Assembly: GCA_047602425.1 (NCBI GenBank) | Contig: JASGHG010000001.1 | Coordinates: forward strand, 1,152,001 to 1,216,000 | Reading direction: 5' to 3' | Length of the DNA stretch: 64,000 nucleotides | Source: Nibricoccus sp. | Lineage (GTDB): Bacteria; Verrucomicrobiota; Verrucomicrobiia; Opitutales; Opitutaceae | Part shown: one piece after another, positions 58,504-64,000 of the stretch | How positions within the stretch are numbered: position 1 is the first letter of the stretch | How the letters are laid out: each line of letters starts with the position of its first letter | Made by a program: the position numbers and the translations under genes | Notes under the pieces: generated by a model | Told to the model about the DNA's origin: nothing | Databases searched by the model: none | Seen by the model: only the letters and a program-made list of their open reading frames with translations

Positions 58504-59970
58504 TCAGAGATTCGGGGTTTTAGTGGCCCAGTCGTGACCTTTTTCGTAGGCGTGGGCGATAGAGAAAAGTTCGGCTTCCTGGAAAGGCTGGCCGATGATT
58601 TGCAGGCCGATCGGCAAGCCGCTCTGCGAGAAACCACAGGGGATGCTGATGCCGGGCAGGCCGGCGAGGTTCACGCCGATCGTGTAGATATCGCTCAGGT
58701 ACATCGCGAGCGGGTTGGCAGCCTTTTCGCCTTTTTTGAACGCGGGTGTCGGCGAGGTCGGCGTGAGAATCGCGTCAACTTCCTTGTAGGCGTTAAGGAA
58801 ATCCTGACGGATCAACGTGCGAACTTTTTGAGCGCGCAGATAATAAGCGTCGTAATAACCGCTCGAGAGTACGTAAGTGCCGAGGATGATACGGCGCTTC
58901 ACTTCGGGGCCAAAACCTTCTGCGCGCGATTTGAAATAGAGATCGACAATGTCTTTCGCGTCTTTCGAGCGATGACCGTAACGGATGCCATCGTAACGCG
59001 CGAGGTTCGAGGAGCATTCGGCCGTGGCAATGATGTAATAAACGCCTACGCCAAACTCGGTGTGCGGCAGAGAAACATTTTTCACTTCGCAGCCCATCTT
59101 CTCGTAATACGCGATCGCTTTTTCCACAGCAGCGGCCACTTCGGGATCGAGACCCTGGCCGAAATATTCCTTTGGAATGCCGAGCTTCCAAGGTCCTTTG
59201 CGCTTCGTTAGTTCTGCACGATAGTTCGGGATTTCTGTTTTGAACGAAGTGGAGTCGAGCGGATCGTGCCCGGCAATCGCGCCAAGCGTGATCGCAGCAT
59301 CTTCGACCGAGCGGCTGAAGGGGCCAATTTGGTCAAGCGACGAGGCAAACGCGATCAGGCCGTAGCGCGAGACGAGGCCGTAGGTGGGCTTCATGCCGAC
59401 GACGTTGCAGAGCGCCGCAGGTTGGCGGATCGAGCCGCCCGTGTCGGAGCCGAGCGTGACAATGGCCTCGCCAGCTGCGACAGCCGCAGCGCTGCCGCCG
59501 GAGCTGCCACCGGGCACACGTTCGAGATCATAGGGATTGCAGGTCGTGTGAAACGCGGAGTTTTCCGTCGAAGAACCCATCGCGAACTCGTCGAGGTTCA
59601 GACGACCCCAGCAAATTGCGCCGGCGTTTTTCAACTTCTTCGTGACAGTCGCATCGTAAGGCGAAACGAAATTCGCGAGCATCTTCGACGATGCCGTCAA
59701 AGGCTGGCCCGTGACAGCGATCACGTCCTTGATGCCGACCGGAATGCCGTCGAGCGGCCCCCTCGCCTGTCCTACGGCGCGACGTTCGTCGGACGCGCGG
59801 GCCTGCGCGAGCGCGTCGCCCTCGTCGAAGGAGTTGAAGGCTTTGACCTTTGAATCAACGGCCTTGGTTCGGGCGATGACGGCCTGCGTGAGGTCGACCG
59901 AAGAAAGTTTCTTCGTCTCCAGCAAGCCGGAGAGCTCGGTGACTGTTTTGTAGAAGAGTTCGGAGGACAT
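58504..59970 (-). CDS. gatA: Asp/Glu-tRNA amidotransferase subunit A
   Basis: GIPVGIKD, DEFAMGSSTENS, PGGSSGGSAAAVA, LGSDTGGSIRQPA amidase signature; ATG at 59970. Confidence 0.97.
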   Translation of the reverse strand: MSSELFYKTVTELSGLLETKKLSSVDLTQAVIARTKAVDSKVKAFNSFDEGDALAQARASDERRAVGQARGPLDGIPVGIKDVIAVTGQPLTASSKMLANFVSPYDATVTKKLKNAGAICWGRLNLDEFAMGSSTENSAFHTTCNPYDLERVPGGSSGGSAAAVAAGEAIVTLGSDTGGSIRQPAALCNVVGMKPTYGLVSRYGLIAFASSLDQIGPFSRSVEDAAITLGAIAGHDPLDSTSFKTEIPNYRAELTKRKGPWKLGIPKEYFGQGLDPEVAAAVEKAIAYYEKMGCEVKNVSLPHTEFGVGVYYIIATAECSSNLARYDGIRYGHRSKDAKDIVDLYFKSRAEGFGPEVKRRIILGTYVLSSGYYDAYYLRAQKVRTLIRQDFLNAYKEVDAILTPTSPTPAFKKGEKAANPLAMYLSDIYTIGVNLAGLPGISIPCGFSQSGLPIGLQIIGQPFQEAELFSIAHAYEKGHDWATKTPNL

Positions 59971-59978
59971 GTTGTGTC

Positions 59979-60269
59979 TCATTCCACGACTTTCGGGACG
60001 ACGACCATGTTGTTGCGCTGGGCGGGAGCGTTCTTTAGCGCTGCCTCGACCGACAAGCCCGGCTGCGCGACATCGTCTGCCCAAACATTATAAACCGGGA
60101 ACGCGTGCGCGGTCGGCTCCACGCCGCTCACGTCGACTTTTTTGAGCTGTTCGATGTAGGTGAGCACATCGCCGAGTTGCGTGGCAAATTTCGCCTTTTC
60201 CTCGGCAGTCAGCGCGAGCCGGGCCAGGTTGGCGACGTGGTCGATATTGAGGTCAGTCGGGGCAGACAT
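59979..60269 (-). CDS. gatC: Asp/Glu-tRNA amidotransferase subunit C
   Basis: HVANLARLAL, VDVSGVEPT, ALKNAP...VPKVVE. Confidence 0.95.
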   Translation of the reverse strand: MSAPTDLNIDHVANLARLALTAEEKAKFATQLGDVLTYIEQLKKVDVSGVEPTAHAFPVYNVWADDVAQPGLSVEAALKNAPAQRNNMVVVPKVVE

Positions 60270-60273
60270 GTTG

Positions 60274-62733
60274 TTATTTTCGAATTTGGTAAGGCGTAGT
60301 TTTAACCAACTCGTCCTGCAATTTATTGAAGGCGACGCTCACTTCGTCGTCGGTCAACGTGCGGTCGGGCGCGCGAAAAACGAGCGAGAAGGCCAGGCTC
60401 TTTTTGCCGTCGGGCAAACCAGTCCCTTGGTACACGTCGAAAACCTCGACCGTTTCGAGCACAAAGGCCGTGCCGGAAGCAGAGCGCGCAAGCTTCACAA
60501 CGGTTTTCTGCGCCTCGGAAGCGGGCAGGTTCTTGTCGACGACAAGTGCGAGGTCGCGCAGCGCTGCGGGGAATAGACTGAATGGTTGGTAACGACGATG
60601 CGCTTCAACCGAAGCGAGTTTTTCCGGCAGAACGGCAAAAGTACCCGCGTATATCTTGCCCTCAATGCCAAGTGACTTAACCATCGCCAAATCGACAAGA
60701 CCGAAAGCGGCGCCCCAACCGTGGGCCATCTCGCCAGCCACGGCAGACTGCCCTTCCTGCCAGCCGCGGTGAGCGTAGGTGGCCGGTTGCAACGCCTGCC
60801 TGGACAAATCGACGCCACCGGCCATCGCCAAAGCGGCCACCAGACTCTTCGCGGTGTAGAAGTCAGCTGGTTCGCGTTTAAGCCAGCTGCGGTCGCTGGG
60901 ATTTTCAGCAATCACAAATGCCACCGCGACACACTCAAAGTTTGCGCCGTCGCGTTCGACGAAAATGCGGCCGGTTTCGAACAACCGTGAAGCGGAAACG
61001 CCTCGCGACTGGTTGAGTTTGAGGGTTTCGAGAAGGCCCGGGATCAGCGACGAGCGAAGGTGCGACTGGTCTTCAACAAAAGGATTGGCGAGCGCAAGTT
61101 CGGCCACCGCCGTCGACGAAACCCAAGCCTGCAGTTCGCGCTGCGAACGCAATGTGTAGTTCACGCATTCGTGGAAACGCTGGCCAACAAGCTGATCTGC
61201 AACCTTGCGATTGAAAAGCACGATCGGATCGTCCTCGCCAACTAAACCAGGCGATAGAACCACGCTCGCGGGAATTTTTTCAGTGCCGTAGACGCGCAGG
61301 ACTTCCTCGACGAGGTCAATCGGCCGGTCGAGGTCGTCGCGCCAGCTCGGAATCGAAACCGTCATCGCCGGACCGCGCTCGGGCGTCGGCTCCTCGCGGA
61401 CAATCGTAAGTTCGAGCGCTTCAAGCGCGGCGCGGATATCGGCCTCGGGAATCGTGAAGCCGGCCTTTTCACAAATGTAGCCCGGCGTGACCAAGATCTC
61501 GCGTTGCCACGGGACGTCGGCCCCGATGCGCTGCGTTTGTCCGGCGACTTTGCCACCGGCAATTTCCAAGATCAGATCGATCGCACGGTGGGTCGCTTCT
61601 TCGAGCGAATGGGGATCGACGCCACGCTCGTAACGGTAAGACGAATCGGACGAAAGAACTAATTTCCTGGATGTTGCTCGAATTGACTGACGGCGAAAAT
61701 AAGCGCTTTCGAGCACGAGATCCGTCGTTGTTTCGTCGACACCGGAGTTTTCTCCACCCATGACGCCGGCCACAACCAGCGGCTTGGTCGCATCGGCGAT
61801 GACGAGCATGTGATGATTGAGCACGCGCTCCTTGCCATCGAGCGTGACGAGCTTTTCGCCGTCGATTGCGTGGCGCACGATGATCTCGCGGCCGCCAATT
61901 TTTTTGGCATCAAACGCATGGGTCGGCTGACCGTATTCGAGAAGAACGTAATTGCTGATGTCGACGACGTTGTTGATCGGACGCAGGCCGACGGCCTTGA
62001 GTCGCTCCTGCATCCACGACGGACTTGCTCCGATTTTAACGCCAGTGATCACCGTCGCAGTATAAAGCGGGCAGTCGTGACTCGAATCGACGCGGACGGA
62101 TTTCAGCAGATCCTCGCGCGGTGTCGGGTCGGCCGCGGTGGGCGTGAAGGTGACTTCCGGATATTTGAGCTCCAACTTGAACCAAGCGGCGAGTTCGCGC
62201 GCGATGCCGATATGGCTTAGGCAATCGGGCCGGTTCGGTGTGACTTCGATGTCAAACACCACATCGCCCGGAGGCAGTACCGTGTTGATCGGCGTGCCAA
62301 GTGCAGGTTTGCCGTCGAGGATGAGCAAACCAGCCGATTCTTCGGAAATCGTGAGCTCCTTGGCCGAACACATCATGCCATCGGAAAGCTGGCCGCGGAC
62401 CTTGGCCTGCTTGATCGTGAAATTACCAGGTAGCACGGCGCCAGGCAGCGCCACGGGCACGCGGTTGCCGGCGTCGCAGTTGGGTGCGCCGCAGACGATC
62501 GTCTTCACCCCGCCAGCCGAACCAACGTCCACCGTACAGACAGAGAGCTTGTCGGCATTCGGGTGCTTGGCGCGAGTGAGGATTTCGCCAACGACAACGT
62601 CTTTTAGCGCTGGAGCGCCGGTACGGATGACCTGTTCGACCTCGAAACCGAGGAACGTGATCGCGCGACAGATATCGTCGACCGAAGCGTCGAGGCTGAT
62701 GTAAGACTTGAGCCAATTGAGAGAAATTTTCAC
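60274..62733 (-). CDS. pheT: Phenylalanine-tRNA ligase beta subunit
   Basis: MKISLNWL, HPNADKL, IVCGAPN, TPNRPDCLS, RYERGVD, RDLALVV, RTLTDDEV. Confidence 0.97.
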   Translation of the reverse strand: MKISLNWLKSYISLDASVDDICRAITFLGFEVEQVIRTGAPALKDVVVGEILTRAKHPNADKLSVCTVDVGSAGGVKTIVCGAPNCDAGNRVPVALPGAVLPGNFTIKQAKVRGQLSDGMMCSAKELTISEESAGLLILDGKPALGTPINTVLPPGDVVFDIEVTPNRPDCLSHIGIARELAAWFKLELKYPEVTFTPTAADPTPREDLLKSVRVDSSHDCPLYTATVITGVKIGASPSWMQERLKAVGLRPINNVVDISNYVLLEYGQPTHAFDAKKIGGREIIVRHAIDGEKLVTLDGKERVLNHHMLVIADATKPLVVAGVMGGENSGVDETTTDLVLESAYFRRQSIRATSRKLVLSSDSSYRYERGVDPHSLEEATHRAIDLILEIAGGKVAGQTQRIGADVPWQREILVTPGYICEKAGFTIPEADIRAALEALELTIVREEPTPERGPAMTVSIPSWRDDLDRPIDLVEEVLRVYGTEKIPASVVLSPGLVGEDDPIVLFNRKVADQLVGQRFHECVNYTLRSQRELQAWVSSTAVAELALANPFVEDQSHLRSSLIPGLLETLKLNQSRGVSASRLFETGRIFVERDGANFECVAVAFVIAENPSDRSWLKREPADFYTAKSLVAALAMAGGVDLSRQALQPATYAHRGWQEGQSAVAGEMAHGWGAAFGLVDLAMVKSLGIEGKIYAGTFAVLPEKLASVEAHRRYQPFSLFPAALRDLALVVDKNLPASEAQKTVVKLARSASGTAFVLETVEVFDVYQGTGLPDGKKSLAFSLVFRAPDRTLTDDEVSVAFNKLQDELVKTTPYQIRK

Positions 62734-62746
62734 GGAAGAATTTTTT

Positions 62747-62773
62747 ACAGAAGATAACGAAGGAAACGAAGCG
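62747..62773. repeat. Inverted-repeat arm (27 bp = 3 x 9 nt) downstream of GxxExxY gene B
   Basis: ACAGAAGAT-AACGAAGGA-AACGAAGCG; 26/27 identical to the reverse complement of 63188-63214. Confidence 0.95.
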
Positions 62774-62774
62774 T

Positions 62775-63179
62775 CTAAGGTAGATTTGCGCCAGGAGGGA
62801 TTAAACGAGAGATCCCATTTTTCAGAATGACTTCGTGGAAATTGATCAGAAGCCCGACAGGAATATTTAGCAGTTTCATGTAACTCAGCAGTTGAGCCTT
62901 GTGAATGGGAAGAATGCGTTCAACAGACTTAACTTCGATCAAGAGACAATCGCCGGCCAAAACATCAAAGCGTAGCGGCTCGTCGAACGTTAGCTCTTGA
63001 TAGGTAACTCGGACAAGTTTCTGGCTGACCGCCGAGATTTTTCTCAACGAAAACTCGTGCAGCAAGCAACGCTCGTAGATGGATTCGATCAAGCCGGGGC
63101 CTTTGTCGCGGTGGACCTCTATAGCGGCGCCAATGACCTCATTACTCAAGGCATCAGCTTTTACGTAGAGCGCGTGCAT
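62775..63179 (-). CDS. GxxExxY-family protein (PD-(D/E)XK nuclease fold), copy B
   Basis: VIGAAIEVHRDKGPGLIESIYE, RFDVL...LIEVKS, AQLLSYM, GLLINF. Confidence 0.92.
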   Translation of the reverse strand: MHALYVKADALSNEVIGAAIEVHRDKGPGLIESIYERCLLHEFSLRKISAVSQKLVRVTYQELTFDEPLRFDVLAGDCLLIEVKSVERILPIHKAQLLSYMKLLNIPVGLLINFHEVILKNGISRLIPPGANLP

Positions 63180-63187
63180 ACGGGGAT

Positions 63188-63214
63188 CGCTTCGTTTCCT
63201 TCGTTACCTTCTGT
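63188..63214. repeat. Inverted-repeat arm (27 bp) upstream of GxxExxY gene B
   Basis: CGCTTCGTTTCCTTCGTTACCTTCTGT; partner of 62747-62773. Confidence 0.95.
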
Positions 63215-63225
63215 TCAATTCCGCT

Positions 63226-63999
63226 TCAGGCGAACTGCTTTAGGAAGCGGACGTCGTTTTGGTAGAAATAGCGGATGTCATCGATGCCGTAGAGGAGCAT
63301 CGCGAGACGCTCTAAGCCCATGCCAAAAGCGTAACCACTCCAGACAGACGAATCGTAGCCGACACCGTCAAACACGGTCGGATCGACCATGCCGCAACCG
63401 CCAATTTCGATCCATTCCTTGTTCACCTTCGGCAGGTGCTTGGCGGAGAGATCGACTTCGAAACTTGGTTCGGTGTAGCCGAAATAGTGCGGACGAAAAC
63501 GCGTCTTGGTGTCCTTGCCGAGCAGTGAGGCAAAGATGTAGTCGAGCAACGCCTTCAAGTCGCGCACGGTGACATTCTTGTCGACGTAGAGGCACTCGAG
63601 TTGGTGGAAGTTGGCCGAGTGTGTGGCGTCAGTCGTGTCGCGACGGTAAACGCGCCCGGGTGAGACGATGCGGATCGGCGGCTTGCCTTTGAGCATGGTG
63701 CGGATCTGGACGGACGACGTATGCGTGCGCAGCAGGTACTTTTCGTTCTGATGCTTTTTCGAAATATTGCCGAACTTGGCGTTATCAGGAAGATAGAAAG
63801 TATCCTGGGCATCGCGGGCCGGATGATCGGCGGGGGTGTTAAGCGCATCGAAACAGTAGTATTCGGTTTCGACCTCTGGGCCCTCGACGACGGAGAAACC
63901 GACTTTACGCAGGATGCGGCACATTTCTTCCCGCACCATTGTGAGTGGATGGTGGGTGCCGAAGGCGAGATCGGGCGACGGCAGCGTCGGATCGATTGC
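63226..63999 (-). CDS. pheS: Phenylalanine-tRNA ligase alpha subunit (5' part outside window)
   Basis: [50 protein letters not shown]; frame open to the window edge. Confidence 0.97.
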   Translation of the reverse strand, partial: AIDPTLPSPDLAFGTHHPLTMVREEMCRILRKVGFSVVEGPEVETEYYCFDALNTPADHPARDAQDTFYLPDNAKFGNISKKHQNEKYLLRTHTSSVQIRTMLKGKPPIRIVSPGRVYRRDTTDATHSANFHQLECLYVDKNVTVRDLKALLDYIFASLLGKDTKTRFRPHYFGYTEPSFEVDLSAKHLPKVNKEWIEIGGCGMVDPTVFDGVGYDSSVWSGYAFGMGLERLAMLLYGIDDIRYFYQNDVRFLKQFA

Positions 64000-64000
64000 G

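Overview
Gene-dense, GC-rich bacterial chromosomal segment, most likely from an Opitutaceae-like member of Verrucomicrobiota. This is inferred from a Minf_1886-family gene and the style of the TonB receptor and LacI proteins. Left to right: (1) a non-canonical ClC anion transporter divergent from marR-cysK-group III truncated globin-cystathionine lyase-MsbA-like ABC; (2) an AT-richer surface-glycan modification block (~6.8-15.7 kb); (3) a plant-glycan utilisation region (GH43, GH95, TonB-dependent receptor, PL1, pectinesterase) with three beta-propeller sensor kinases and a duplicated LacI+HK+RR module, ending at tRNA-Thr(CGT); (4) core genes (queA, yceI, M16 peptidase, Fur-like, Tat-exported SOD, VWA/two-component system); (5) a pheS-pheT-gatC-gatA-gatB aminoacylation operon. 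The most striking signal is in that operon. Two small GxxExxY (PD-(D/E)XK-fold) genes sit between gatA/gatB and between pheS/pheT. Each is bracketed by its own long inverted repeat (40 bp and 27 bp) built from 9-nt units. Three of the five arm mismatches become G-U pairs on the mRNA strand. The cassettes look like loop-out 'mRNA intervening sequences' or small nuclease-carrying mobile elements. All family assignments are from motif recognition by eye; no database searches were run.
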